DNA of 64,000 bases, taken from NCBI GenBank assembly GCA_963816185.1, contig CAWFJJ010000001.1, positions 161,224 to 225,223 of the forward strand, read 5' to 3'. Source of the DNA: Thermoanaerobaculia bacterium (lineage in GTDB: Bacteria; Acidobacteriota; Thermoanaerobaculia; UBA5066). How positions within the stretch are numbered: position 1 is the first letter of the stretch; each line of letters begins with the position of its first letter. Of this stretch, positions 1 to 9,042 are shown piece by piece. The translations under genes were made by a program, and so were the position numbers. Below the pieces are notes generated by a model. The model searched no databases and was not told where the DNA came from. It saw nothing but the letters and a program-made list of their open reading frames with translations.

Positions 1-278
1 CGCCGTCGTTGATGACGACGCGGTAGCTGTCGAGGGAGAGCGTGCGCGCGATCTGGGTGAGCGCGACGAGACAGGGGCCGAGAAGCGCGGCGTGATCACC
101 CGAGGCGTCGGAAAGGCGCGCGACGTGCGTCTTCGGAATCACGAGCACGTGCGTGGGCGCCTTCGGGTCGACGTCGTGAAATGCGAGCACGCGCTCGTCC
201 TCGAAAGCGATCTTCGCGGGAATCTCCTTTCGAACGATCCGGCAGAAGAGGCACGAAGGGTCGGGCGAAGGGCTCATC
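1..278 (-). CDS. HIT-family (histidine triad) protein, partial. The start is at 278; the 3' end runs off the window.
   Basis: Reverse-strand translation from ATG at 278 gives MSPSPDPSCLFCRIVRKEIPAKIAFEDERVLAFHDVDPKAPTHVLVIPKTHVARL. This is a typical Hint/HIT N-terminus. The six-frame track shows only its antisense. Confidence 0.75.
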
Positions 279-285
279 GGGCGGA

Positions 286-1572
286 TTATCCGTCGATCCG
301 CTCGACGGAGGCTCCGAGACTTCGCAAGCGCTGATCCATCGCCGCATAGCCCCGGTCGAGATGGTAGATGCGGCGCACGCGCGTCTCGCCCCGGGCGACG
401 AGGCCCGCCAGGACGAGAGCCGCGGACGCGCGGAGATCCGAGGCGGTCACGGGTGCGCCCTCGAGCTTCGAAGGCCCGTGCACGAGAGCCGTGCGCCCTT
501 CGACGCGCACGTCGGCGCCGAGGCGCGCGAGCTCCACGGCGTGCAGGAAGCGGTTCTCGAAGATCGTCTCGACGAGTCGGGACGTTCCCGTGGCCTGCGT
601 CATGAGGGCGAGAAATTGCGCCTGCAGGTCGGTCGGAAAGCCGGGGTGCGGCGCAGTCTCGATGTCCACGCCCTCGAGCGGCCGCGAGGCGAAGACCCGG
701 ACGCCGTCTTTCGTCGTCTCGACGCCGGCCCCGGCGCGGCGGAGGGCGTCGAGAAACGCCTCGAGATCGCGCGCCCGCGCGCCGGAAACGGTCACGTCGC
801 CCCCGGTGATCGCGCCGGCGGCGAGGTACGTTCCCGCTTCGATGCGATCCGGCAGGATCGTGTGAGGGGAAGAGCCCGTGCCCGAGAGCTTCTCGACGCC
901 CTGGACCGTGATCGTGGGAGTCCCCGCGCCCGTCACGCGCGCCCCCATGCGATTGAGGAGGAGCGCCACGTCCTCCACCTCGGGCTCTCGCGCCGCGTTT
1001 TCGATCACCGTCGTCCCGCGCGCGAGGGCCGCGGCGAAGAGCACGTTCTCGGTGCCGGTCACGGTGGGAGTCGGGAAGCGGATCGCCGTTCCGGTGAGCC
1101 GGCCTCTTCCGCGCCCGACGCGCGAGACGTGCGCGTGGATGTAGCCTTTCTCGACGGCGATCCTCGCGCCCAGCGCCTCGAGCGCGAGGAGGTGCAGGTC
1201 CACGGGCCGGAGGCCGATCGCGCACCCTCCGGGCAGCGAGACGCGCGCCTCGCCGAAGCGCGCGACGAGCGGGCCGAGGACGAGGATGGAGGCCCGCATC
1301 GTCCGGACGAGGTCGTAGGGGGCCTCGGTCGAGGAGACGTGCGACGCGTCGACGACCCGGCGCGAGGGCGTGGGCGCTTCGACCGAAACGCCCATGCCGT
1401 CGAGAAGGCGCGTCATCGTGGCGACGTCCGCAAGGTTGGGCACCTCGTCGAGCGTCACGGGAGCGTCCGTGAGAAGCGCGGCGGCGAGAGCCGGAAGCGC
1501 GGCGTTCTTCGCGCCGCTCGCGCGGACGGTGCCCGCGAGGCGTACGGGGCCCTTGAGGAGGAAGGCGTCCAT
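286..1572 (-). CDS. murA: UDP-N-acetylglucosamine 1-carboxyvinyltransferase
   Basis: 428-aa ORF with full-length MurA-like sequence (LKGPVRLAGTVRASGAKNAALP ... RIYHLDRGY ...). Confidence 0.95.
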   Translation of the reverse strand: MDAFLLKGPVRLAGTVRASGAKNAALPALAAALLTDAPVTLDEVPNLADVATMTRLLDGMGVSVEAPTPSRRVVDASHVSSTEAPYDLVRTMRASILVLGPLVARFGEARVSLPGGCAIGLRPVDLHLLALEALGARIAVEKGYIHAHVSRVGRGRGRLTGTAIRFPTPTVTGTENVLFAAALARGTTVIENAAREPEVEDVALLLNRMGARVTGAGTPTITVQGVEKLSGTGSSPHTILPDRIEAGTYLAAGAITGGDVTVSGARARDLEAFLDALRRAGAGVETTKDGVRVFASRPLEGVDIETAPHPGFPTDLQAQFLALMTQATGTSRLVETIFENRFLHAVELARLGADVRVEGRTALVHGPSKLEGAPVTASDLRASAALVLAGLVARGETRVRRIYHLDRGYAAMDQRLRSLGASVERIDG

Positions 1573-1602
1573 CTGAGAAGGAGTCTACGGGCTCGCGCGC
1601 CC

Positions 1603-2466
1603 TCAGAGCCGCCGCGCGGTCGCCGTGCGCGGGATTCCGGCCGTGTCGAGGCGGATGTCGACGAGCCGGAACGTGCCCGACGCCTCCACGAGCGCCGAGA
1701 CGTCGCGGGCCTGCGCATACCCGAACTCGAACACGAAGGGCGCGCCGGGACGGAGGAAGACGGCCAGCGCCGCGAGGAGCGCACGCATCGGCTCGAGCCC
1801 GTCGTCCCCGCCGTAAAGCGCGAGGGGCGGCTCGAAGTCGGAGACCGTCTTCGAGAGATGCGGGGCGTCGGCTACGGGAACGTAGGGCGGGTTCGCGACG
1901 GCGAGGTCGAAGAGCGGCCGGGGGGCGAACGCCGAAAGCCAGTCGGAGGCGACGATCATCACCCGCTCGCACACGCCGTGGCGGCGCGCGTTGGCGGCGG
2001 CGAGCGCGAGAGCGGCCGGCGAGCGGTCGATCGCGAGAACGCGCGCCTCCGGGCGCTCGAGCGCGAGCGTGACCGCCAGGATACCGCTGCCCGTGCCGAG
2101 GTCGGCGAGTGCGCGGGCGCCGGGCGCGGCGGAGCGCGCCGCTTCGATGATGCCCTCCGTCTCGAGGCGGGGGATCAGCGCGCGCGAGTCGACTCGGAAC
2201 GTGCGGCCGAGGAATTCCCATTCGCCGAGAAGGTATTGCAGCGGCTCGCCGGCAGCGCGGCGCGCGACGAGCGTCTCGAACGCCGTTCGGCTCGTGGCAT
2301 CCGCCGACTCGGATCGCCGGCCCAGAAACCAGGCGCGGGGGCGCGCGGCGGCCCGGGCGAGAAGCTCTTCCGCCTCGTACGGCGCGTTTTCTTCGCCGGA
2401 GAGGCGGCGCCGCCCCTCGGCAAGGAGAGCGCCCCAGGTCGGTTCGGGCTCCGTGGAGAAGCTCAT
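1603..2466 (-). CDS. prmC: Release-factor glutamine N5-methyltransferase (HemK/PrmC)
   Basis: 287 aa. It has the LQYLLGEWEF motif, a SAM-binding DLGTGSG motif and an NPPY motif. Confidence 0.9.
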   Translation of the reverse strand: MSFSTEPEPTWGALLAEGRRRLSGEENAPYEAEELLARAAARPRAWFLGRRSESADATSRTAFETLVARRAAGEPLQYLLGEWEFLGRTFRVDSRALIPRLETEGIIEAARSAAPGARALADLGTGSGILAVTLALERPEARVLAIDRSPAALALAAANARRHGVCERVMIVASDWLSAFAPRPLFDLAVANPPYVPVADAPHLSKTVSDFEPPLALYGGDDGLEPMRALLAALAVFLRPGAPFVFEFGYAQARDVSALVEASGTFRLVDIRLDTAGIPRTATARRL

Positions 2467-2493
2467 TCGGGTCTCGTGTTTAAGATAGGAACG

Positions 2494-4039
2494 ATGTCCG
2501 GCTCCCGGATTCTCGTCCTTTTCGCCCTCCTGCTCCTCGGCGCTGGGCGTCCTGCTCGGACTGCCCTCGTCCCTCGCGCCGGCCGCAGTCGTGATCGCCG
2601 TGGCGGCCGTTCTCGTTTTTCTCGCGGCGAGCCGGTCCCCCTCGTCCGCGGGTTCCCGCGCGGAGCCGGTGACGTCCGTGCGCGCGGTCTTCGGGCCGGC
2701 CGTGGACGCGATCGAGGCCGTCGCCGTCTACACGCTGGATCGGGCCGGCCGGATCGGCTACGCGAACAGAGGCGCGCGCCGCGCCCTCGGGATCGAGGAA
2801 CGCGACGTGGAAGGGCACGCCTCTTCGGAGCTGCCCGCCCTCGGCGCCGAGGCGCCCGAGATGATCGAGGGTCTGAACGAGGTCTTCGAGACCGGCCAGG
2901 CTCGAGCCGCTCGGCGGATCCTGCTGCCCGGGGACGGCGCGACGAAGGTCGAGTCGATCGTCTCGATGACGCCTGTCTTGCGGTACGGCAAGGTCGTCGA
3001 GGCCGCCATCTGGCGCGTCGACACGCGCGGTCCGGCAGGCGAGGACGAGCACCTCGCGCGCCTGCTCGATTCGTCGCCCGCGGGCCTCCTCGGCGTGGAC
3101 GCCGTGGGCCGCATCGAGGCGGTGAGCCGCCGGCTCGCGGAGTGGGTGGGGCGCCGCGCGGACGCTCTCGAGGGCCTCGACGTGGAGCGCTCGGAAGTCC
3201 TGCCCGAAGAGCTACGGGCGCTCATCCGCGCGCACGCCGTGAACCGGGCCCCGCAGGGCACGCCGACCACCCCGGTCGAGGAGGACGTCTCTCTCGTCAC
3301 GCCCGAAGGCGTTTCCCGGATGCTGCACGTCGTCGTGACGCCGCGCCCGGGCGGCGGAGCAGACGCCGTCTTTCTCGACGGGAGCTCGCGGCGCCGGCTC
3401 CTTGCCGAGCTGGACGCGGCCCGTCGGGCGCTCGCCGAGGCGCGCGAAGCCGCGGTGGACGTCCTGCAGTCCACGACGCGCGATCTCAAGACGCGCGTTC
3501 AGGAGATCGTGGCGGCGGCACGCCGCGCGGCGGACGAGACTTCCGGTCCGATCCAGCGCGCGCGCGCCGAGGCCGAGCTGAAGGCGACGAGCGACGAGCT
3601 TCTCGCGAGCGTCGACGAGAGCGGACCCCGGGACGCCCGCCGGCCGATCGGTGGCGCAGACGGCCGTCCGCGCGTCCTGCTCGTGGAGGACAACGAGGAA
3701 AATCGCGAGCTTCTCGCCCACATGCTGAGGTCGCGCGGCGCCGAGGTGCTCACGGCGGGCAGCGGTCGCGAGGCCGTGGACGCGGCCGCGGGCTTCCGCT
3801 TCGATTTCGTCCTCCTGGACCTGCACATGCCCGAGATGGACGGCTTCCAGGTGCTGAGGCGGCTGCGCGGCCTGCCGGACGGAGAGCGGTTGCCGGTCAT
3901 CGCGCTCACCGCGCTCACGTCCGACCTCATCAAGGAGCGATGCGAAGCGGAGGGAATGAACGACTTCGTGTCCAAGCCCGTGACGCTCGCGCGCGTCGGG
4001 GAGCTCGTGGCGAAATGGGGGCGTACGGGTCGGACCTGA
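2494..4039 (+). CDS. Membrane-anchored PAS-domain response regulator (REC at C-terminus). It has an apparent 1-nt frameshift near 2545.
   Basis: The ATG at 2494 encodes MSGSRILVLFALLLLGA in frame 1. From ~2545 frame 2 is continuous through two predicted TM helices, then through 2591..4039 with a PAS-like region and a C-terminal receiver (RVLLVEDNEENRELL ... DFVLLDLHMPEMDG ... DFVSKP). Removing one G from the GGG at 2544-2546 joins the frames. Confidence 0.7.
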
Positions 4040-4459
4040 CTACCAGCGCATCCGGTAGAGCATCGCGTAGACGACGACGCCGGTCAGGGAGACGTAGAGC
4101 CAGATCGGCAGCGTGAACCGGGCGAGCCTGCGATGCCGTTCGAACCGCCCGCGCCGGGCGAGGACGAACGTCGCGATCGCGAGCGGCGCGACAACGGCCG
4201 CGAGAACCGTGTGCGTGAAGAGAATGCCGAGATAGAGCGTCCGCGCGCGGCCCGTGCCGGGGAATCGCACGCTTCCGACCTGCGCGTGATAGGCGAGGTA
4301 CGAGACGAGGAAGAGCGTCGAGCACAGGAAGGCCGCCGTCATCGTGCGGCGGTGCGCGGCGATCTGCCGCTTCCGGATGAACGTCCAGCCGACGACGAGG
4401 AGGACGGCGCTCGTCGCGTTGAGGCAGGCGTTCAGCGTCGGCAGGTCGCGGACCGTCAT
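4040..4459 (-). CDS. DUF420 membrane protein (CtaM-like, cytochrome-oxidase associated)
   Basis: C-terminal 139 aa of the 248-aa ORF start at the internal Met (MTVRDLPTLNACLNATSAVLLVVGW ...). It is a four-TM DUF420-like sequence. It overlaps the stop of the upstream permease by 4 nt. Confidence 0.65.
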   Translation of the reverse strand: MTVRDLPTLNACLNATSAVLLVVGWTFIRKRQIAAHRRTMTAAFLCSTLFLVSYLAYHAQVGSVRFPGTGRARTLYLGILFTHTVLAAVVAPLAIATFVLARRGRFERHRRLARFTLPIWLYVSLTGVVVYAMLYRMRW

Positions 4460-5233
4460 CGGGCCCGAGGCTCTCGCGCGGCGGCGAGGCGGGCGGCGGG
4501 GCCCGCGGGAAAGCGCGCGACGACGGCCACGGCGGCCGCGAACATGAGGACGGCGAACGCCGCCGTCACGGCCCACGAGAGCGACGGAGACATCCACGCC
4601 GGCGCGGAGCCGCCGAGGGCCCGGCGCAGAGCCGCCACGCCGTAGGTGAGGGGGTTCACGGCCATCGCCGCGTGCAGCCACGATGGGGCGCCGTCGACCG
4701 GGAAGAAAGCCCCCGAGAGGAGCCACATCGGAATCAGGAAGAGATTCATGATCGCGTGGAAGCCCTGTGTCGATTCGAGCGACCACGCGATCGCGAATCC
4801 GAGGGACGTGAGCGCGAAGGAGAGGACCGCGAGCAGCGCGGCGGCGCCCAGAAGGCCCGGTCCGTCGACCTTGAGGCCGGTCAAAGGCACGAGGAGGAGC
4901 AGGGGAAGGCCCTGCATCAGCCCGAGCGCCGCCCCCCCGAGGATCTTTCCGAGCGCGATCGAGGCGGGAGCAACCGGCGAGACGAGGACTCCCTGCAGGA
5001 AGCCCTCGCGCCGGTCCTCGATGACGGAGATCGTCGCGAAGATCGCGGCGAAGAGGACGACGAGGACGACCGTGCCCGGGAAGAAATAGCCGAACGAGTC
5101 CTCGCGGAACGACCGCGGAAGCCCGAGCCCACGAGGATCCACATGACGAGGGGGGGAGCGACCGCTCCGACGATGCGGCTCTTCTGCCGGAAGAAGCGGA
5201 CGATCTCCCGGCGCGCGAGGGCGAGGGAGGAGC
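4456..5233 (-). CDS. ABC-2 type transporter permease. It has an apparent frameshift at a G7 tract.
   Basis: N-terminus VSSSLALARREIVRFFRQKSRIVGAVAPPLVMWILVGSGF in the frame of ORF 4917..5498. The body (VVLFAAIFATISVIEDRREGFLQGVLVSPV ...) is in the frame of ORF 4456..5142. The junction coincides with the ggggggg run at 5146-5152. The GTG start lies immediately after the ATPase stop. Confidence 0.7.
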
Positions 5234-5244
5234 TCACGGGAACC

Positions 5245-6216
5245 TCATGTTGCGTCTTGCCCGCTCTCCGGCGTGTCCGCCTCGCGGAAGCGTCGGCCCG
5301 TCTTCGCGATGAACACGTCCTCGAGCGAGGGCGCGCCGAGCGTGACGGATTTGAAGGCGCCCGGGAACGCCTCGACGAGACGGGGCACGAACGTGTGCGC
5401 CGCCTTCCGCTCCACCCGGACGGTGGGTCCGACGACGGTGATCCGGCCCGCCTCGGCGCCGAAGCGGCTCTCGATCCCGGCCGCGAGAGCCGGCGCACCG
5501 GTGTCGTCCTTCGCCTCCACCGTCACGACGTCGCCGCCGAGCGTGGCTTTCAGCGCGGCGGGCGTGTCGAGCGCGAGCAGGCGTCCCCGGTCGAGGAGGC
5601 CGATGCGGTGCGCCGCCTCGGCCTCTTCGAAGAGATGCGTCGTCAGGAGGATCGCCGTGCCCGCGCGGGCGAGAACGGCGAGCGCGTCGATGAGATCGCG
5701 CCGGGCGCCGGGGTCGAGACCGGTCGACGGCTCGTCGAGGAGAAGCACGGGCGGAGCGTGAAGAAGCGCTTTGGCGATCTCCACGCGTCGCGCGAGGCCC
5801 CCGGACAAGGTCTCGACGAGATCGCGCGCACGGTCCTCGAGACGGAACATCTCGAGGAGCTCGCGGATGCGCGCGGCGCGCGCGCCCGACGGAAGGCCGT
5901 ACAGGTCGCCCTGGAGCGCGAGGTTCTCCCCGACGGTCAGCTTCTTGTCGAGGCTCGCCGCCTGGAACACGACGCCGAGCCGCCGGCGCACGGCGCGGCG
6001 CGCGGCCGTCGGATCGAGCCCGTCGATGGAGAAGCTCCCCGCGCCCGGAGGCAACAGGGTCGCGAGAATCCGGAAGAGCGTCGTCTTGCCGCCGCCGTTC
6101 GGGCCGAGAAGCGCGAAGATCTCGCCCCGCGGCACCGAAAACGTGACGTCCGTCAGCGCGGCGCGCGCGCCGAAGGCGCGGGAGAGAGAACGGGCTTCGA
6201 CGGCGGGTGGCGTCAC
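5245..6216 (-). CDS. ABC transporter ATP-binding protein
   Basis: 323 aa. Walker A GPNGGGKTT, signature LSGGLARR, Walker B LLLDEP. Confidence 0.9.
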   Translation of the reverse strand: MTPPAVEARSLSRAFGARAALTDVTFSVPRGEIFALLGPNGGGKTTLFRILATLLPPGAGSFSIDGLDPTAARRAVRRRLGVVFQAASLDKKLTVGENLALQGDLYGLPSGARAARIRELLEMFRLEDRARDLVETLSGGLARRVEIAKALLHAPPVLLLDEPSTGLDPGARRDLIDALAVLARAGTAILLTTHLFEEAEAAHRIGLLDRGRLLALDTPAALKATLGGDVVTVEAKDDTGAPALAAGIESRFGAEAGRITVVGPTVRVERKAAHTFVPRLVEAFPGAFKSVTLGAPSLEDVFIAKTGRRFREADTPESGQDAT

Positions 6217-6240
6217 GTTCGCGGTGAGGATTCTCTCGCG

Positions 6241-7122
6241 TCAGACGCGGTCGAGGACGAGAAGGATGAGAATCGCCGGAAGCCAGCCGATCGACGCAAG
6301 AAAGAGCGAGCGGGCACGTCCGTCCGTCGTCTCGCGTGCGAAGGCGAGCGATGCCCGGAGGAAGACGAGCGTCAGGACGAACGCCCCGAGCGCGTACGCG
6401 AAACCGGCCGTTCCCACGAGGGAAGGCAGGAGGCTGATGGGCAGAAGCACGGCCGTCCAGAGAAGCGTCTGCCGGGCCGTCCGCCGCCCGGAGGGGTCGA
6501 TGACGGGGAGGATTCTCACTCCCGCGCGGGCGTAGTCGGCTCGGTGGCGCCACCCGATCGCGAAGAAATGCGGAAGCTGCCAGACGAAGAGGATCGCGAA
6601 GAGCGCGAGGCCCGGAAGGCCGATCGCGCCCGCCGCCGCGGTGTACCCGCCCAAGGGCGGGAGCGCGCCGGGCACGGCCCCGACGACCGTGGAGGCAGGC
6701 GAGCGGACCTTCATCGGCGTGTAGAGGCAGACGTACGAGACGAGCGTGAAGGCGGCGAGGGCGGTCGTCAGAACGTTCGTGAAGAAGAAGAGCTCGGCGA
6801 GGCCCACGACCGAGAGCGCGCCCGCGAAGAAGGCGGCGCCGTGGAGACTGATGCGCCCGGACGGCAGGGGGCGGTCCTGCGTGCGCCTCATCAGGCCGTC
6901 GACGCCCACCTCGCGCACCTGGTTGAAGGCGCTCGTGCCGGAGGCGACGAGAGCGGTCCCGAGGAGCGTGTGGAGAAGGAGCGGCAGGGCGAGGGAGGAC
7001 AGCGGCCCTCTCACCCCCGCGACGAAACCGACGAACGCCGTCATCACGACGAAGACGGTGATGCGCGGCTTCGTGAGGGCGACGTAAGACGCGAACGCGG
7101 AGGAGTTGCGACTCAGGCTCAT
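6241..7122 (-). CDS. ctaB: Protohaem IX farnesyltransferase (haem O synthase)
   Basis: Internal start MSLSRNSSAFASYVALTKPRITVFVV. It is a polytopic UbiA-family sequence. There is an ATGA overlap with ctaA. Confidence 0.85.
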   Translation of the reverse strand: MSLSRNSSAFASYVALTKPRITVFVVMTAFVGFVAGVRGPLSSLALPLLLHTLLGTALVASGTSAFNQVREVGVDGLMRRTQDRPLPSGRISLHGAAFFAGALSVVGLAELFFFTNVLTTALAAFTLVSYVCLYTPMKVRSPASTVVGAVPGALPPLGGYTAAAGAIGLPGLALFAILFVWQLPHFFAIGWRHRADYARAGVRILPVIDPSGRRTARQTLLWTAVLLPISLLPSLVGTAGFAYALGAFVLTLVFLRASLAFARETTDGRARSLFLASIGWLPAILILLVLDRV

Positions 7123-8126
7123 GCGCGCAGGCGGGAGCTTACCGCGTTCGGAAGATTCCGGCAGGCCCCGGCCGAGACCGTGGCGAGGACGCCCGTGACC
7201 CAGCACAGGGCGCCCCCGGCGAGATGGGCGGCCGTCAGGGGCGGCGCTTTTTTCGACCAGATGGAAAGGGCGCCGAGGAGGATCTGGATCGCGACGAGGC
7301 CGGTCCATGTCGCGGCGAATCCGGCGAAAACACCGCTCACCGCCGAGAGTCGTGAGAGCGCGCGCACGGCAGCGAGGACGAGAACGAGAACGACGACGGC
7401 TCCGATCCTGTGCGCGAGGTGGAGGCCTACGCCGCGGCGATGGAGCTCATCCGCGGAGGGCCAGAGGCCGCCGAAGACGGTTGGGAAATCCGGGATCGCG
7501 AGGCCGGCCCCCGTGTGCCGCATGACCGCACCGAGGACGATCTGGACGTAGATCGCCGCGGTGGCGACCAGCGTCCATTGGAAAGCAGACGAGAGGTTTT
7601 TCTGCTGATATTCGGCGGCTGCATTTGCAGCCGTCGATAGCGTCAGATCATTCCACGTCTTCGAGCACATGAGCGCCACTACCGCAGTGAGGGCGAAGAC
7701 GATCTCGGCGAGGGCGGCGTGTGCAGACGAGATCGCCGGAGGCAGAAGAAACAGCACCGTGAGGCCGCCCAGGAGGGCCTGCAGCAAAATCGCTCCAAAC
7801 GCGACGGCGGCGAGGACCTTGACCGCTTTCCTGCCTTCTAAGAAAAAAAGAAACGCGCCCAGCTCCAGACCCACCAATGTGGAGACAGCCGCCGCGATGA
7901 GCCGATGGCCGTGCTCATAGAGGATGCCGCCGACCATCGGCGGCATGAGCTTGCCGTACGAGAGCGGCCAGTCCGGGACGGCGAGACCCGACCCGGTGGA
8001 CGTGACGAGCGCGCCCGCGACGAGGAGCAGGAAGACTCCAAGCGCGACGACGCGCGTTCCGATCCTCAGAATTCCGGCGTTCCGCGCCGCGTGTGCGTCC
8101 CTGTCCTTCGTCCTGTCCGCGCTCAT
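7119..8126 (-). CDS. ctaA: Haem A synthase (CtaA/COX15 family)
   Basis: Eight-TM protein from the internal Met (MSADRTKDR...). It has conserved His-containing helices (YEHGHRLIAA, HAALAE, HLAHRIGAV). Confidence 0.8.
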   Translation of the reverse strand: MSADRTKDRDAHAARNAGILRIGTRVVALGVFLLLVAGALVTSTGSGLAVPDWPLSYGKLMPPMVGGILYEHGHRLIAAAVSTLVGLELGAFLFFLEGRKAVKVLAAVAFGAILLQALLGGLTVLFLLPPAISSAHAALAEIVFALTAVVALMCSKTWNDLTLSTAANAAAEYQQKNLSSAFQWTLVATAAIYVQIVLGAVMRHTGAGLAIPDFPTVFGGLWPSADELHRRGVGLHLAHRIGAVVVLVLVLAAVRALSRLSAVSGVFAGFAATWTGLVAIQILLGALSIWSKKAPPLTAAHLAGGALCWVTGVLATVSAGACRNLPNAVSSRLRA

Positions 8127-8139
8127 CCCGTCTGGGAAA

Positions 8140-8985
8140 TCAGGCTCCGGCCTTGAACGTGAACGCGAGCGGCTTGGACTCGGTCGCGCCGACCGTGACC
8201 TGTTGCGTCTGGGTGCCGAGCTTCTCGTGCCACGCCTCGATCGTGTACGTACCGGCCGGCAGGTTCTTGATCGCGTAGGTGCCATCCGCCGCCGTGACCG
8301 CGAAGAACGGGTGCGCGACGACGCCGCAATAGGCGGACATCCAGCCGTGCACGTCGCACTTGATGTGGATCATGACCTCGGGCTTGTCGAATTTCTTCGT
8401 GTACTTCATCCCCTTGACGGGCATCCCGAGGTTGAAGGACTCGTTCTTCTCCGGAAGGGAATGGATGTTGTGAAGCGTGTCGTCGCTGTTCAGGATGTCG
8501 AGGCTCTGGCCCGCGACCATGCCGAAAACGTGCGGATGGTACGTGCAGCCCCTCTGGTCGATGACGGCCGCGGCGGCGGGCGGAGGATACGTTCCGGAGA
8601 TGCCCGACTTCACGTACACGAATACATTCGCGAGACCCTTGTCGGGGCCGACGACGATCTCTTCCTTCGCCACTTCGCCCGGGTGCTGCTTCGCGCAGAA
8701 CGCGTCGGCAGACATCTTGAACTTCTCGGGCGGCGGCACCGCCCCTTCGAAGACGATCTTGCCGGTGATCGAGGCCGAGCCCGTGGCGCCGGCGGCGGGG
8801 CCGGCGGCGGATGAGGCCGGAGCCGCCGGAGCGGCGGCGCCCTCCGTCGCGGCGCCCTTGGCCCGCGCGGACTTGGGCTGGTCCTCGTCCTCGTCCTTGC
8901 CGCCGCACCCGGCGGCGAGAACGGCCGCGAGCGCGGTGACGGCGCAGACGGAGACGAAGCGGAAGCGGATTGCGGAACCGGACAT
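8140..8985 (-). CDS. Lipoprotein with a cupredoxin-like copper site motif and a C-terminal carboxypeptidase-regulatory-like beta-sandwich
   Basis: Start MSGSAIRFRFVSVCAVTALAAVLAAGC with lipobox LAAGC. GGAGG lies 6 nt upstream of the start. H186 ... C221-x2-H224-x2-M227 (HIKCDVHGWM) has amicyanin/pseudoazurin-like spacing. C-terminus GTYAIKNLPAGTYTIEAW. Confidence 0.55.
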   Translation of the reverse strand: MSGSAIRFRFVSVCAVTALAAVLAAGCGGKDEDEDQPKSARAKGAATEGAAAPAAPASSAAGPAAGATGSASITGKIVFEGAVPPPEKFKMSADAFCAKQHPGEVAKEEIVVGPDKGLANVFVYVKSGISGTYPPPAAAAVIDQRGCTYHPHVFGMVAGQSLDILNSDDTLHNIHSLPEKNESFNLGMPVKGMKYTKKFDKPEVMIHIKCDVHGWMSAYCGVVAHPFFAVTAADGTYAIKNLPAGTYTIEAWHEKLGTQTQQVTVGATESKPLAFTFKAGA

Positions 8986-9042
8986 GCGGACCTCCTCGAC
9001 GGTCGATTTCCTTATCATGTTCCCCCGGAACGAGGGAAATCG

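Noticed and set aside
2591-4039. GTG at 2591 as the true start of the PAS response regulator
   Set aside because: Frame 2 stays open upstream through a second TM helix with no start codon. An ATG at 2494, with an RBS-less but signal-like N-terminus, joins the frame if one G is removed at 2544-2546. That is the same error type seen elsewhere, so 2494 is preferred.
181-4116. 1311-aa ORF on the + strand
   Set aside because: It is antisense to murA, prmC and other real genes. The composition is Arg/Ala/Gly-rich low complexity, typical of spurious ORFs in 70% GC DNA. It has no domain signature.
4672-7551. 959-aa ORF on the + strand
   Set aside because: It is antisense to the ABC transporter/ctaB/ctaA cluster. 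The sequence is Arg/Glu/Asp-rich junk.
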